Source of the DNA: an uncultured Burkholderiales bacterium
Lineage (GTDB): Bacteria > Pseudomonadota > Gammaproteobacteria > Burkholderiales > JAEUOS01
Length of the DNA stretch: 64,000 nt
Direction of reading: 5' to 3'
NCBI GenBank assembly: GCA_964443245.1
Contig: CAYUEG010000002.1
Location: forward strand, 8,188-72,187
The translations under genes were made by a program, and so were the position numbers. This document shows, one piece after another, positions 1-10,589 of this stretch. Position 1 is the first letter of the stretch, and every line of letters starts with the position of its first letter. A model generated the notes under the pieces. It was given only the letters and a program-made list of their open reading frames with translations, did no database searches and had not been told where the DNA came from.

Positions 1-294
1 CAGTTCGATGCCGGCAAACACCAGGCGCAGGATGAAACCGAACGTCAGGCCGATGGCCAGTTGCTGCATCAGGATGTTGAGGGCATTCCAGCCGGCATAG
101 GCGTTGGCGGGTATTTCCGGCAGGGTGGGCCCGATGATCAGGGCGATCGAGGCGGCCAGGCCGATCTTGACGCGCGCCGGAATCGAGCGGTGGCCCAGCA
201 CGGGGGCGATCGACATCATCGCCAGCACGCGGATGAACGGCCACAGGAATACCGAGATCCAGGCCGCCAACTGCGTGCTGGTAAAGCTGATCAT
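1..294 (-). CDS. fliR: Flagellar export gate protein FliR, N-terminal part (gene runs off the left edge)
   Basis: Not in the ORF track because it is open at the window edge. The reverse strand from ATG (cat 292-294) reads MISFTSTQLAAWISVFLWPFIRVLAMMSIAPVLGHRSIPARVKIGLAASIALIIGP..., a hydrophobic FliR-like N-terminus. It starts 30 nt after the fliQ stop, in the canonical fliPQR order. Confidence 0.85.
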   Translation of the reverse strand, partial: MISFTSTQLAAWISVFLWPFIRVLAMMSIAPVLGHRSIPARVKIGLAASIALIIGPTLPEIPANAYAGWNALNILMQQLAIGLTFGFILRLVFAGIEL

Positions 295-324
295 GGCCGC
301 AGCGGTGGCTGGGGTGGAGCGGCC

Positions 325-597
325 TTAGCCGATCACGGTCGGAATCTGCAGCAGCATGCGCCGCGTGTAATCGACCATGGTGGTCAGCATCCAGGGGCCG
401 GCAATCGCCATCACGAGGAACATGGCAATCAGCTTGGGAATGAACGAGAGCGTCATCTCGTTGATCTGGGTGGCCGCCTGCAGGATGCTGATGACGAGGC
501 CGGTGACCAGGGCGGCCAGCAACAGCGGCGCCGAGACCATCAGGGTGACTTCCATGGCCTGCTGTGCGATGGTCAGAACAGTCTGGGTGGTAAACAT
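325..597 (-). CDS. fliQ: Flagellar export gate protein FliQ
   Basis: 90 aa, two TM helices. MFTTQTVLTIAQQAMEVTLMVSAPLLLAALVTGLVISILQAATQINEMTLSFIPK is a typical FliQ sequence. Lies between fliP and fliR. Confidence 0.95.
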   Translation of the reverse strand: MFTTQTVLTIAQQAMEVTLMVSAPLLLAALVTGLVISILQAATQINEMTLSFIPKLIAMFLVMAIAGPWMLTTMVDYTRRMLLQIPTVIG

Positions 598-620
598 CGG
601 GTGCCTTTACGCAAAAGGGG

Positions 621-1376
621 TCAGCCGTGGAAGCTGGCCACCAGGGAGCCGACCAGGAGATTCCAGCCGTCCACGAGGACAAACAGGATCAGCTTGAACG
701 GCAGGGAAATGAGGACCGGCGAGAGCATCATCATGCCCATCGACATGAGCACGCTGGCCACCACCAGATCGATGACGAGGAAGGGGATGAAGATCATGAA
801 GCCGATCTGGAAGGCCGTTTTCAGTTCGCTCGTGACGAAGGCCGGGACGATGACGGACAGGGGCAACTCTTCCGGTTTGCCGGCGCTGGCGCGGCCGGAC
901 AGCTTGAGGAACAAGGCCAGATCCGGCTCGCGTACCTGCTTCAACATGAAGGCCTTCATCGGCACTTCGCCGCGTTTCACCGCTTCCTGAAAGTTGATCT
1001 GGTTGGCGGAATACGGCGCGTAGGCCTCGTTGTAGACCTTGTCGAGGGTGGGGTTCATCACGAAGATGGTGAGGAACAGGGCCAGGCCGACCAGCACCTG
1101 GTTGGGGGGCGCGGTCTGGGTGCCGAGTGCATGGCGCAACAGCGAGAGGACGATGACGATGCGGGTAAACCCGGTCATCAGCAGCAGCACGGCGGGCAGG
1201 AAGGTCAGCGCCGTCAGCAGCAGCAGGGTCTGGAGCGGCAGCGAATAGGTGGTCGAGCCACCCGGGCCGGGCGTGGAAGTCATGCCCGGCAGGCTTTGCG
1301 ACCATGCCGGCAAGGCGGCGAGCATCAGGCCCAGGCAGGCGATGCCGGCAAACCAGTGGCGGTAGGAGCGTGTCAT
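621..1376 (-). CDS. fliP: Flagellar export gate protein FliP
   Basis: The ORF 621..1763 contains FliP from the internal ATG at 1376 ([26 protein letters not shown] signal peptide). It has the conserved [16 protein letters not shown] and [10 protein letters not shown] blocks. The start overlaps the fliO stop by 4 nt (ATGA). Confidence 0.95.
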   Translation of the reverse strand: MTRSYRHWFAGIACLGLMLAALPAWSQSLPGMTSTPGPGGSTTYSLPLQTLLLLTALTFLPAVLLLMTGFTRIVIVLSLLRHALGTQTAPPNQVLVGLALFLTIFVMNPTLDKVYNEAYAPYSANQINFQEAVKRGEVPMKAFMLKQVREPDLALFLKLSGRASAGKPEELPLSVIVPAFVTSELKTAFQIGFMIFIPFLVIDLVVASVLMSMGMMMLSPVLISLPFKLILFVLVDGWNLLVGSLVASFHG

Positions 1377-1795
1377 GAGCGTTTGAGCGCCTTGTCCAGC
1401 CACACCGCAAAACCGGGGCTGGCGGGGGGCGCGCTGCTCTCGGCGGCATGTGCCGGCTTGGGCAGGCGTGCCAGTCGCGTGACGTGGCCGGGCGCGACGC
1501 CCAGCACCATCCAGGAACCTTCGATCTCGACCACGACCACCCGCTCGCGGGTGCCCACGGCATGCGAGGCGACGACCGAGAGGATCCGTGATGCACGCAT
1601 CGGGCCGGCCTGGGTCTGGCGCAGCAGCCAGCCGAGGCCAAGGATCAGGGCGATCACGGCGGCCAGGCCAAGCAGCATTTGTGCAAATCCGGCGCCGGTG
1701 GACGGTGCGGCTGACTCTGCTGCCACGGCCGCCGGGATCAGGACAGGCGCCAGCAGCGCCCATGCGGCGACAGTCGAAACGGGGCGCAACTTCAT
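1373..1795 (-). CDS. fliO: Flagellar biosynthesis protein FliO
   Basis: 140 aa with a single TM segment ([18 protein letters not shown]) followed by the [16 protein letters not shown] motif typical of FliO. Position is between fliN and fliP, with 4-nt overlaps on both sides. Confidence 0.8.
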   Translation of the reverse strand: MKLRPVSTVAAWALLAPVLIPAAVAAESAAPSTGAGFAQMLLGLAAVIALILGLGWLLRQTQAGPMRASRILSVVASHAVGTRERVVVVEIEGSWMVLGVAPGHVTRLARLPKPAHAAESSAPPASPGFAVWLDKALKRS

Positions 1796-2217
1796 CGGTT
1801 CAGTTTCCGGATGCGCTCGGAGGGAGTGACGATGTCGGTCAGGCGGATGCCGAATTTCTCGTTGACCACCACCACTTCGCCCTGGGCGATCAGGCAGCCG
1901 TTGACCAGTACGTCCATCGGTTCGCCGGCGAGCCCGTCCAGTTCCACCACCGAGCCTTGCGCCAGTTGCAGGATCTGCTTGATCGGGATGCGGGTGCGGC
2001 CCAGTTCCACCGTCATCTGGACCGGGATGTCCAGCACGAGGTTGATGTCGTTGGCGGTACCCGCCACATTGCCTGGTGCCAGCTGCTCGAACATCGGCGC
2101 GCTGGCGACATTGGCGGTGGTGGCAACGGCTGCCGATTGCTCAGCCAGGGCGGCGCCCCAATCGGCGTCGGCATCGGGGGTCTCCTGCATTACCGCATCT
2201 TCAGTGGACATGCTCAT
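1792..2217 (-). CDS. fliN: Flagellar motor switch protein FliN
   Basis: C-terminal SpoA/FliN domain: [67 protein letters not shown]. Start taken at ATG 2217 (MSMSTED), which overlaps the fliM end. The upstream part of the ORF looks like read-through. Confidence 0.9.
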   Translation of the reverse strand: MSMSTEDAVMQETPDADADWGAALAEQSAAVATTANVASAPMFEQLAPGNVAGTANDINLVLDIPVQMTVELGRTRIPIKQILQLAQGSVVELDGLAGEPMDVLVNGCLIAQGEVVVVNEKFGIRLTDIVTPSERIRKLNR

Positions 2218-3205
2218 CTCCGAGAGAGTTTTCGTGTGGCGGGATCGCCAGGGTGTTTTCGATCTTGAGGGCGTATTTGCCGTTGAGCACGCCGTAGCGG
2301 CACTCGAACACGGGCACGCCATCGACCTCGGCCACGGCGGTTGGCTTCAGATCGACGCCGATCACGTCGCCCGCCTTCATGTTGAGGATCTGCTTGAGGG
2401 TCACTTCGGCATTGGCCAGCTTGGCGACCAGCTCCACCTCTGCCAGCTGCACCTGCTTGGTCAGCATGTTGAGCCAGCGATGGTCGGGTTCGAAGCTGTC
2501 GGTCTGGGTCGAGCTGTAGAGAATGTCGCGGATCGGTTCGACGGTGGAATACGGGATGCAGACGTGGATGTCGCCGCCGCCGGCGCCGAGCTCGACGTTG
2601 AAGGTTGTCGTGATGACGATTTCCGAAGGCGTGGCAATGTTGGCAAACTGGGTGTGCATTTCCGAGCGTACATGCTCGAACTGCAGCGCATGGACCGGTT
2701 GCCAGGCCTGCTGATAGGTCCCCAGCACGACTTCCAGCATGCGCTGGATGATGCGTTGTTCCGTCAGGGTGAAGTCGCGGCCCTCGATGCGGGTGTGGAA
2801 CCGGCTGTCGCCCCCGAACAGGTTGTCGACCACCGTGAACACCAGCGTGGGCTCGAAGATGAACAGCGTGCTGCCGCGCAATGGCCGGGCGGTGACCACG
2901 TTGATGTTGGTCGGCACGACCAGATTGCGGATGAATTCACTGTACTTCTGTACCTTGACCGGTGCGACGGAGATCTCCGGGCTTTTGCGCATGAAGTTGA
3001 ACATGCCGATGCGCAGGTTGCGGGCAAAGCGCTCGTTGAGGATTTCCAGGGTCGGCATGCGTCCGCGGACGATGCGCTCCTGCTTGGCCAGGTTGTAGGC
3101 ACGCGGGCCGCTGCCTTCCTGTTCATCGGAAGGCTGGTCATCCTCACCGTTGACACCCTTCAGGAGGGCATCAACTTCGTCCTGCGACAGGAATTCGGTA
3201 GACAT
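2201..3205 (-). CDS. fliM: Flagellar motor switch protein FliM
   Basis: 334 aa. The N-terminal CheY-P binding peptide LSQDEVDALL is present. The FliM middle domain and C-terminal FliN-like domain are recognisable. Confidence 0.95.
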   Translation of the reverse strand: MSTEFLSQDEVDALLKGVNGEDDQPSDEQEGSGPRAYNLAKQERIVRGRMPTLEILNERFARNLRIGMFNFMRKSPEISVAPVKVQKYSEFIRNLVVPTNINVVTARPLRGSTLFIFEPTLVFTVVDNLFGGDSRFHTRIEGRDFTLTEQRIIQRMLEVVLGTYQQAWQPVHALQFEHVRSEMHTQFANIATPSEIVITTTFNVELGAGGGDIHVCIPYSTVEPIRDILYSSTQTDSFEPDHRWLNMLTKQVQLAEVELVAKLANAEVTLKQILNMKAGDVIGVDLKPTAVAEVDGVPVFECRYGVLNGKYALKIENTLAIPPHENSLGDEHVH

Positions 3206-3210
3206 CTGGC

Positions 3211-3747
3211 TTACTGGATGATGAAGGAGGAAAAGTGCACGTCGGTGACACCGCGGTCGGAGGCGGGCTGCTCGCCTTGGCCGTCGCCCTTGGCGCTGAC
3301 GGCCGGGGCTGGCCCGCCCACGATGTTGCGTACCGTGGCCAGGAGTTCGGCTGCCAGCCGGGCCTTGCCTTCACTGCTGGCCAGTTCCTCGCCCGATTTG
3401 CTGGTCAGGATCAGCAGCACCTTGCCGCGGATCAGCGGCGTGGCGGCCTTGATGGCATCGGCAATCTCGTTGCCGTTCACCTCGAATACCAGCCCGATCT
3501 GCAGGAACTGCTCATGCGTGACGGCACGCAGGTTGACCGTGAAGGGGTCCAGCGGAGCGAACACCCGGACCTTCTTTTCCACCTTTTTCGGTTCTTCCTT
3601 GGCGGCGCCAGCGTGCTTGGAGCGCGCCATCATGATGTAGCCGCCGGCGGCACCCAGCAGCAGTACGAGGAGGACCACCGCAATCAGGATGATCTTGCCT
3701 TTCTTGCCAGCGGCAGGCGGGGCGGGGAGGGCGGCGTCTTTGGACAT
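3211..3747 (-). CDS. fliL: Flagellar basal-body-associated protein FliL
   Basis: Single TM (IILIAVVLLVLLLGAAGGYIMM) followed by the FliL core (PLDPFTVNL...FLQIGLVFEV...LILTSK). ATG at 3747 is preceded by AAAGGA. The TTG at 3771 is a less likely start. Confidence 0.85.
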   Translation of the reverse strand: MSKDAALPAPPAAGKKGKIILIAVVLLVLLLGAAGGYIMMARSKHAGAAKEEPKKVEKKVRVFAPLDPFTVNLRAVTHEQFLQIGLVFEVNGNEIADAIKAATPLIRGKVLLILTSKSGEELASSEGKARLAAELLATVRNIVGGPAPAVSAKGDGQGEQPASDRGVTDVHFSSFIIQ

Positions 3748-3983
3748 GGCGAATCCTTTGCGTTTGGACAAGAGTGCGCGCCTGGCGGCTTCCGTCTCCC
3801 TTCTCCGGAGGGGAAAGCCTTGGCAACAACGCTATTGTTTCGCTTGTCCGGGGCTTCCAAACCCCGAATTAGGCGCCGAATTGCCCGGGTGTTCGCTTGA
3901 CCCGCCCGGTCTGCGGGCGTGTGTGAACGGCCGCGTTCGAAGGCGCGCGGCCGGGGCTCTCGCCCGCGCCGGCCGGCGCCCGA

Positions 3984-5243
3984 TCAGGCGAAGAGGTCGA
4001 CCAGACCCGTGCCTCGCGCAACCGGCAAGGCCACAGGCTGGCCAGTTGCGGCCGGCGCGGCAGTCTGCGTCTCGCGCAGGCGCTGGGACGCGAGCAGGCG
4101 CGCGCGCTCTTCCTCGGCGGCAAACTGGCCGCCGCCGCCGGATTCGACGCTGGTGTGCCCCAGGCTGATGCCGCTCTCGGAGAGCATCTCCCGCAAGCGT
4201 GGCAGGGCGTCCTCGATCGCCCGGCCGGATTCGGGCTGGGTCACGGCAAAGGCAATGGTGGCTTCATCCTGCGCGAGGCGGATGCGAATCTCGATCGGCC
4301 CCATGTCTGGCGGAGTAACACGCAGGGACGCCGATTCGACACCATTCTTGACCAGCCACGTCAGGCGCTGGGCGGCTTCATCAGGGAACGCCGGGGAGGG
4401 TAATGGGGCATGCACGGTTGCCGTGACCACGGGGGGAGGCTCGGCTGCGCGTTGCGGCGCCACTGCCGTCAGGGCGTTGGGGGCCAAGGAGGAAAGGCTG
4501 GGGACCGCAGGTGTGCCTGCAGTGCCGGGGGAGACGCCAGATTCAAGCTTCTCAAGTTTTGCCAGGGCCGCTTCAAACCCGTGTTCTTGCATCATGCCGA
4601 CACCGGCGGGCAGGCCGGAGCCGAAATTGGCACCTGCCAACGGTGAGCTGCGCATGCCGGCACCCAGATCGGCCATGACCTCGCCTGGCGCCGGGCGCGA
4701 TGCGACAGGCGATGCCATGCCGCCGGCTGGTGCAGCAGGGCCTGTCCCCGCCAGCACGTCTTTGCCGGTGCGGTTGGCCCCAGGCAAGGGCGTGCCGGGC
4801 AGTGCCCATCCCGCGACCGGCAGGGCGATGTTGAACGGGGGGGCGGTTGGTGCGGCTTCGGCAGTGACGGGAAGGCCGGCGGCTGCGGCTTCGGTATCCG
4901 GGGCGGCGATCTGGTCGCGCAAGGATTGCAGCAACGCCAGATCAAGCGCCGGATCGGCAGCCGTCAGGCCGCCGCTGCCGGCTTCGGTGTCGGCTGCTTC
5001 TCCGGTGGCGGTTGCGGACAGCTTGGCGTCAACGGGCGGTGCGGTTGCCTGGGCAGGATCGCTGACTTCCGGGCTGCTGCGGCCGGGAGGGCGCGGCGCC
5101 TGCGTCGCACGTGCCCGGGCAAAGGCGGTCGAAAACGCATCGCCAGCAGGATTTTCGCCGCCAGCCTGAGCCGGTTTGGCACCGTCCGGCAGATTGCCCG
5201 GCAGCGGGGGGGTGATGGCAATGTCGTTCAATTGGGTATTCAC
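3984..5243 (-). CDS. fliK: Flagellar hook-length control protein FliK
   Basis: 419 aa, Ala/Pro-rich and low-complexity. The C-terminal Flg_hook/T3S4 block reads ASLRVTPPDMGPIEIRIRLAQDEATIAFAVTQPESGRAIEDALPRLREMLSESGISL. GTG start. Position is between fliJ and fliL. Confidence 0.85.
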   Translation of the reverse strand: MNTQLNDIAITPPLPGNLPDGAKPAQAGGENPAGDAFSTAFARARATQAPRPPGRSSPEVSDPAQATAPPVDAKLSATATGEAADTEAGSGGLTAADPALDLALLQSLRDQIAAPDTEAAAAGLPVTAEAAPTAPPFNIALPVAGWALPGTPLPGANRTGKDVLAGTGPAAPAGGMASPVASRPAPGEVMADLGAGMRSSPLAGANFGSGLPAGVGMMQEHGFEAALAKLEKLESGVSPGTAGTPAVPSLSSLAPNALTAVAPQRAAEPPPVVTATVHAPLPSPAFPDEAAQRLTWLVKNGVESASLRVTPPDMGPIEIRIRLAQDEATIAFAVTQPESGRAIEDALPRLREMLSESGISLGHTSVESGGGGQFAAEEERARLLASQRLRETQTAAPAATGQPVALPVARGTGLVDLFA

Positions 5244-5263
5244 GGAATTGGCCTATGCGGGCA

Positions 5264-5719
5264 TTACTGACCAAATGAGAGGGCGCCACCGCCGGCTGCG
5301 AACTTGCGGGCAGCGATTTCGTCGGTGCGCTTTTGCTCGGTGCGCGCCTGATGCAGTTCTTCGAGCTGGCGCCGGCGCCTTTCGATCGTGCTGTACGACA
5401 GGTTCTGCTTTTGCTCCTGCTGCCAGGTCTGGCGCGCTGCATCCACCGTCACGGCCCAATGCTCGCGCTCGGCTTGTTGTTGCCTGACGGCTTCATCGAG
5501 TTTTCCGAGGAAGCCCTGAAAATTGCGCAGCTGGGTCGCATCCACGCCGCGCCGGATGGCGTCTTCCAGCCGTGCCCGGTAATCGTCGCGATAGGCCTTC
5601 AGGGTTTCGCCGCGATATTCGCTGTCGCGCGCCTGTGCCATCAACACACCCAGGCGTTGTGCCGCGTGGTCACTCTTGCGCTGAGTCAGTTCAATCAGGG
5701 TATCGAAGCTGCGTTTCAT
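5264..5719 (-). CDS. fliJ: Flagellar export chaperone/stalk protein FliJ
   Basis: 151 aa, coiled-coil, rich in charged residues. It lies immediately downstream of fliI, the canonical fliHIJ order. Confidence 0.8.
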   Translation of the reverse strand: MKRSFDTLIELTQRKSDHAAQRLGVLMAQARDSEYRGETLKAYRDDYRARLEDAIRRGVDATQLRNFQGFLGKLDEAVRQQQAEREHWAVTVDAARQTWQQEQKQNLSYSTIERRRRQLEELHQARTEQKRTDEIAARKFAAGGGALSFGQ

Positions 5720-5730
5720 GGCGGTCTCCT

Positions 5731-7173
5731 TCAGGCGTTCTGTCCTGCGGGTTGGTTGGTCAGGCTGACAAGCGCAGCGACGCTCTCGGCCATGCTGATG
5801 TTTTCGTTCATGCCCTGCTGCAGGAAGGCCTCCAGCGCGGGGTAGGTGTCGATGGCGCGATCCAGGATCGGATCGCTGCCGCGGGCGTAGGCCCCGACGT
5901 TGATCAGGTCGCGGTTGCGCTGGTAGCGCGAGAACAGCGTCTTGAAGGCCTTCGCACGCTGCAGGACCGATTCTTCGGTGATGGCATGCATCACGCGGCT
6001 GATGGACTGCTCGATGTCAATCGCAGGGTAGTGGCCGGCGTCGGCCAGGGCACGCGACAGCACGATGTGGCCGTCGAGAATCGCCCGCGCTGCGTCCGCG
6101 ATCGGGTCCTGCTGATCGTCGCCTTCGGTCAGCACGGTGTAGAACGCCGTGATCGAGCCCTTGCTGCCGCCAGGACCGCTGGCCGTGCCGTTGCCGGCCC
6201 GTTCGACCAGCTGGGGCAGCTTGGCGAATACCGATGGCGGGTACCCCTTGGTGGCCGGCGGTTCACCGATTGCCAGAGAGATTTCGCGTTGTGCCATTGC
6301 ATAGCGGGTCAGGGAGTCCATGATCAGCAGCACGCTCAGGCCACGGTCGCGAAAGTGCTCCGAGATTGCGGTGGCATAGGCCGCGCCCTGCAGGCGCAAC
6401 AGGGGTGGCACGTCTGCCGGTGCCGCTACCACCACGGCACGTTTGAGGCCTTCCGCCCCGAGGTTCTCCTCGATGAATCCCTTGACTTCCCGACCACGTT
6501 CGCCGATCAGGCCGACGACCGTGATGTCGGCCTTCGAGTACCGCGCCAGCATGCCCAGCAGCACGCTTTTGCCGACACCGCTGCCGGCGAACAGGCCGAT
6601 CCGCTGGCCACGTCCGATGGTGAGCAGGGCATTGATGGCACGCACGCCGACATCCATCGGTTCATTGATCGAGGCACGGTCAATCGGGTTGAGCGGGCGG
6701 CTGGCGAGGGGCGTGCGCTGGTCGAAGTTGATCGGGCCCAGACTGTCAAGCGGGCGGCCCTGGGCGTCAATCACCCGGCCGAGCAGGCATTCGCCGACCG
6801 GCAGATGTTTGGTGCGATCCTCGGCGCGCCGCCAGGGGTGGCGCGTGCGGCCGACGACCGGCGGTGAAGTGGCCATTTCCAGAGGCGTGACGGCCGCACC
6901 CGGGGTGAGGCCGTAGACGTCTCCGGACGGCATCAGGAACAGCTTGTCGCCGGCAAAGCCGACGACCTCGGCTTCCACCGGGTTCATGCCGTCCTGCTGG
7001 ATCAGGCAGGTACTGCCTACCGGCAGGCGCAAGCCGACCGCTTCCATTACCAGCCCGGCGACGCGGGTCAGGCGGCCCTGCGGCGAAAGGGTGCGCACGG
7101 CGCGGGCGTGCACCCCGCACGTGGCCAGGTGCGTTGCCCAGACGGCCGTGTGGGGATTACCTTTCCCAAGCAT
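5731..7173 (-). CDS. fliI: Flagellum-specific ATPase FliI
   Basis: Walker [13 protein letters not shown], Walker [14 protein letters not shown], and an F1/T3SS ATPase fold throughout. Confidence 0.97.
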   Translation of the reverse strand: MLGKGNPHTAVWATHLATCGVHARAVRTLSPQGRLTRVAGLVMEAVGLRLPVGSTCLIQQDGMNPVEAEVVGFAGDKLFLMPSGDVYGLTPGAAVTPLEMATSPPVVGRTRHPWRRAEDRTKHLPVGECLLGRVIDAQGRPLDSLGPINFDQRTPLASRPLNPIDRASINEPMDVGVRAINALLTIGRGQRIGLFAGSGVGKSVLLGMLARYSKADITVVGLIGERGREVKGFIEENLGAEGLKRAVVVAAPADVPPLLRLQGAAYATAISEHFRDRGLSVLLIMDSLTRYAMAQREISLAIGEPPATKGYPPSVFAKLPQLVERAGNGTASGPGGSKGSITAFYTVLTEGDDQQDPIADAARAILDGHIVLSRALADAGHYPAIDIEQSISRVMHAITEESVLQRAKAFKTLFSRYQRNRDLINVGAYARGSDPILDRAIDTYPALEAFLQQGMNENISMAESVAALVSLTNQPAGQNA

Positions 7174-7807
7174 GGTTCCGCCCCAATGCCGTTACCACCG
7201 CACGCCAGCGTGCCGCCAGCGTGGCGTCGATCGAGCCGTTGCTGGTGGAGACGCGGCAACCGCCTGGATCGATGCGTTCGTCTTCGGCAATGCGCCAGCC
7301 TGCGGCCGTCAGTTCATCGCCGATGCGCTCCTTCACCAGGGCAGAATCCTCGGGATTGAGGAGCAGCTGCGGATGGGGGCCGGACCCTGCCAGATCGACC
7401 GCCTCGCGCACGGCGGCCAGCATCGACTCGCGATTGACCGTCAGTTCGTTGCGCAGAACGTCGCGCGCCACTTCCAGGGCGAGGTCGGTGACCGCCAGGC
7501 CTACCTCGTCCTGCAGGGTATTGAGTGCGTAGGACATGGCCTCGGCCATGGCGCGAATACGGGCCAGTTCGGTGTCGGCGCGCTGCCGGCCTTCCGCAAT
7601 CCCCGCCGCCATGCCTTCGGCATGTCCGGCTGCCCTGGCTTCCTCGCGCCAGCGCTCCATCGCGGCCTTGTCGGCAGGCGTGGGGGGAGGGGCGGCGGGT
7701 GCTGCCCGAGGCTTGGTACTGTCGGCGAGGGAAGCGAACTGCCATCGCTCGAAAGCGCCCGATAGCGTGGCGGTACCGGTACCGGCGTTAAACAAAGCTG
7801 TCGTCAC
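7157..7807 (-). CDS. fliH: Flagellar assembly protein FliH
   Basis: Sits between fliG and fliI. FliH-like C-terminal region ([20 protein letters not shown]). Preferred start is GTG 7807, preceded by GGGAGG. The ATG at 7855 would overlap fliG by 68 nt. Confidence 0.8.
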   Translation of the reverse strand: MTTALFNAGTGTATLSGAFERWQFASLADSTKPRAAPAAPPPTPADKAAMERWREEARAAGHAEGMAAGIAEGRQRADTELARIRAMAEAMSYALNTLQDEVGLAVTDLALEVARDVLRNELTVNRESMLAAVREAVDLAGSGPHPQLLLNPEDSALVKERIGDELTAAGWRIAEDERIDPGGCRVSTSNGSIDATLAARWRAVVTALGRNHAWER

Positions 7808-8783
7808 CCTTGCCTCCCAATACGATCTGGCCTTCGTCGGCCAGACGTCGTGCAATCTTCAGGATTTCCTTCTGCTGCGCCTCGACGTCGGAGAGCCGTA
7901 CCGGACCTTTCGATTCGAGGTCCTCGCGCAGCATTTCGGCAGCGCGGCTCGACATGTTCTTGAAGATCTTCTCGCGCAGTTCCGGCGGCGCACCCTTGAG
8001 CGCAATGATCAGCGCATCCGACTGGACTTCCTTGAGCAGGGCCTGGATGCCCTTGTCATCGACGTCGATCAGGTTGTCGAACACGAACATTTCGTCGAGG
8101 ATGCCCTGTGCCAGGTCACCGTCGATGGCCTGTACGGCTTCCATGATGACGGTCTCGGAGGTGCCGCCGACAAAGTTGAGGATTTCCGCTGCCGTTCGCA
8201 CGCCGCCCATCGCGGATTTCTTGATCCGGTCGGAACCGGAGAGGGCTTTGGAGATGACGTCGTTCAGTTCGCGCAGGGCCGACGGGTGAATCCCGTCCAG
8301 GGTGGCGATGCGCAGGACGACGTCGCCACGCACGCGATCCTGCAACTGGTTCAGGATGGCCGCCGCATGGTCGCGCTCCAGATGCACCAGGATCGAGGCG
8401 ATGATCTGCGGATGTTCGTTCTTGATCATCTCGGCGACGGTGTTGGCATCCATCCATTTGAGACTCTCGATGCCGCTGGCATCGTCTCCCTGCAGGATGC
8501 GATCGAGCAGAAACTTGGCTTTGTCCTCACCCAGCGCCTTGTTCAGCACGCCGCGGATGTATTCATCGGAATTGAGGCCAATCGGGGTTTGCTTGCTGGC
8601 TTCCCCGGTAAAGCGCGTGAGCACATCATCGACCTTCTCGCGTGGCACGTTCTTCAGCTTGGCCATCGCGGCGCCCACCTTCTGGGCTTCCTTCGGTGGC
8701 AAAAGCTTGAACACTTCTGCGGCCTCGTCCTCCCCCAGGCTCATGAGGAGAATGGCGCTGTCGTCAACCCCGGTATCACTCAT
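7788..8783 (-). CDS. fliG: Flagellar motor switch protein FliG
   Basis: 331 aa from ATG 8783 (MSDTGVDDSAILLMSLGEDEAAEVFKLL). The C-terminal torque-generating domain is recognisable, with the charged-helix region SSRAAEMLREDLE. Overlaps the fliF stop by 8 nt. Confidence 0.95.
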   Translation of the reverse strand: MSDTGVDDSAILLMSLGEDEAAEVFKLLPPKEAQKVGAAMAKLKNVPREKVDDVLTRFTGEASKQTPIGLNSDEYIRGVLNKALGEDKAKFLLDRILQGDDASGIESLKWMDANTVAEMIKNEHPQIIASILVHLERDHAAAILNQLQDRVRGDVVLRIATLDGIHPSALRELNDVISKALSGSDRIKKSAMGGVRTAAEILNFVGGTSETVIMEAVQAIDGDLAQGILDEMFVFDNLIDVDDKGIQALLKEVQSDALIIALKGAPPELREKIFKNMSSRAAEMLREDLESKGPVRLSDVEAQQKEILKIARRLADEGQIVLGGKGDDSFV

Positions 8784-10401
8784 TGCCGGACGCCCAGTTC
8801 TTGACGACATTGGCGACGACGCTCGGATCCTGCTTGGCGAGCTGCCGTACGTTGTCCAGCGGAGAAGGCAGGGCTGGAGCGGCGGCTTCGCCAGATGCAT
8901 CCGCGGCTGCCTCGTCACCGGCTTGCGCCGCTACGGCAGTGGCCGTCAGTTTCCGCATGCCGGGGCGAATGATGCCCAGCCAGAGGTAGATCACGAGGGC
9001 GGCCGGCAACAGGAAGCGCCCGACATCCTTTGCCGTGGCGAGCACCTCGGGCTGTTTCCAGAGTGGCAGCTCCGGCACCACCTCCGGTGCCACCAGGGTG
9101 AACGGGGCGTTGACGACATTGATGGAATCGCCACGGTCTTTCTGGAACCCGATCGCTTCCCGCACCAGCGAATTGATCTGTGCGACCTCTTCTGCAGTGA
9201 GCGGCGTCGATTGCGTCTTGCCTCCGGAAACGCTCTTGCGGTGATTGATGACGACTGCCGCAGTGACCCGCTTGACGGCCCCGACCCGGGTGCGCACATG
9301 GCGCGTGGTTTTGTCGACCTCGTAGTTGGTGATGGCGTCGCGCTTGGTGGCGGCGCCGGCCGCAGCGGCACTGGCGGCACCGGGGTTGGTCGGGGCATTG
9401 CCTTGTACCGGAGCGGTCGGCGTTGCAGGCGGCTGGTTCGACAGGGCGCCCGGTACGCCGCTGGCGCCGCTGCCGGCGTTCGGGGTTTCGCTGATCTGCA
9501 TGCTGCGTATCGTTGCTTCGGCAGCATTCTGGTTCGGCTTGAAGGCCTCCGAGGTGGATTCACTTTCGGAAAAGTCCACCTCTGCCTTGACCTGGGCCCG
9601 CACGTTGCCCTCGCCATGCAGGGGTGTGAGGATGTCCAGGATGCGCTTGATATAGCCTTCTTCGACCCGGTGGACATAGGAAAGCTGATTGGCGTCGAGC
9701 TGGCCGGCCGCATTCGCGTCGGGCGGCTGCGAGAGCAGATTGCCGGCATCGTCGATGATGCTGACGTTGCGGGTCTGCAGGTCCGGCAGGCTGCTGGCGA
9801 CCAGGTGCGTGATGCCGGCGATCTGGGTCCGGTCCAGGCTCTTGCCCGGATACAGGGTCAGCAATACCGAGGCGGAAGTCTTCTGCTGCTCCTTGAGGAA
9901 CACCGACTGCTTGGGCAGCGCCAGATGGACGCGGGCGCTGCGCACCACGGACAAGGACTGGATCGAACGCGACAGTTCGCCTTCAATCGCACGCTGGTAA
10001 TGCACCTGCTCCTGAAACTGCGTGATGCCAAAACGCGGATTCTCCATCAGGTCGAAGCCGGGGTTGCCGGCCTTCGGCAATCCCTGCGATGCCAGCTTCA
10101 GGCGGGTTTCGTGCACCAGGTTGGATGGCACCATGATCACGCCGCCGCCTTCGCCAATGCGGTAAGGCACGTTCATCTGGTTCAGTGCTGCCACCACGGC
10201 GCCGCCGTCCTTGTCGGCAATACCGGTGAAGAGCACCTTGTAGTCCGGTGCCTGGCTCCACAACCAGCCGGCAATCAGCAGGGCAATCGACAAAGCCCCG
10301 CCGACCATGACGACGATCAGATTGCGGACGGGCATCGCCCTGAGCTGGGTCAGCAGGGGGGCGGCAGTAAAGGTGGCGGGTGCGGCGACGGCGTTGGCCA
10401 T
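8776..10401 (-). CDS. fliF: Flagellar MS-ring protein FliF
   Basis: 541 aa. N-terminal TM, YscJ/FliF ring-building motifs (YKVLFTGIADKDGGAVVAALNQMNVPYRI), and a C-terminal TM plus FliG-binding tail. Confidence 0.95.
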   Translation of the reverse strand: MANAVAAPATFTAAPLLTQLRAMPVRNLIVVMVGGALSIALLIAGWLWSQAPDYKVLFTGIADKDGGAVVAALNQMNVPYRIGEGGGVIMVPSNLVHETRLKLASQGLPKAGNPGFDLMENPRFGITQFQEQVHYQRAIEGELSRSIQSLSVVRSARVHLALPKQSVFLKEQQKTSASVLLTLYPGKSLDRTQIAGITHLVASSLPDLQTRNVSIIDDAGNLLSQPPDANAAGQLDANQLSYVHRVEEGYIKRILDILTPLHGEGNVRAQVKAEVDFSESESTSEAFKPNQNAAEATIRSMQISETPNAGSGASGVPGALSNQPPATPTAPVQGNAPTNPGAASAAAAGAATKRDAITNYEVDKTTRHVRTRVGAVKRVTAAVVINHRKSVSGGKTQSTPLTAEEVAQINSLVREAIGFQKDRGDSINVVNAPFTLVAPEVVPELPLWKQPEVLATAKDVGRFLLPAALVIYLWLGIIRPGMRKLTATAVAAQAGDEAAADASGEAAAPALPSPLDNVRQLAKQDPSVVANVVKNWASGNE

Positions 10402-10589
10402 GAATCAGGGTTCACAAGTGGGTCAATAGGGCAATTATGCGAATCCGCCGGAACCGCCATGCGAAGAGCAGGGGCCGAAAAGCGCCGCAGTTTCCCCCGC
10501 CGTGCGCCAGGCAGGCTGGGTAGACTGGTGGCACTTTCAACCACGATCAGGGTGTGCAGCAGCGTGGCACCCTGCCAAGGAAGCGCATC

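Noticed and set aside
3901-3953. Two GC-rich hairpins downstream of fliK: cgcccg/cgggcg and cggccgcg/cgcggccg.
   Set aside because: - No U-tract follows them on the transcript.
- Such palindromes are common by chance in GC-rich DNA.
- There is not enough evidence to call a terminator between fliK and fliL.
10529-10580. Two TGGCAC strings in the fliF-fliE divergent region that look like sigma-54 -24 elements. Similar strings occur near 3830 and 61870.
   Set aside because: - None has a GC/TTGC element at the required distance (GG-N10-GC).
- The locus encodes FlhDC and FliA but no sigma-54 activator, so class-2 promoters are more likely FlhDC-dependent.
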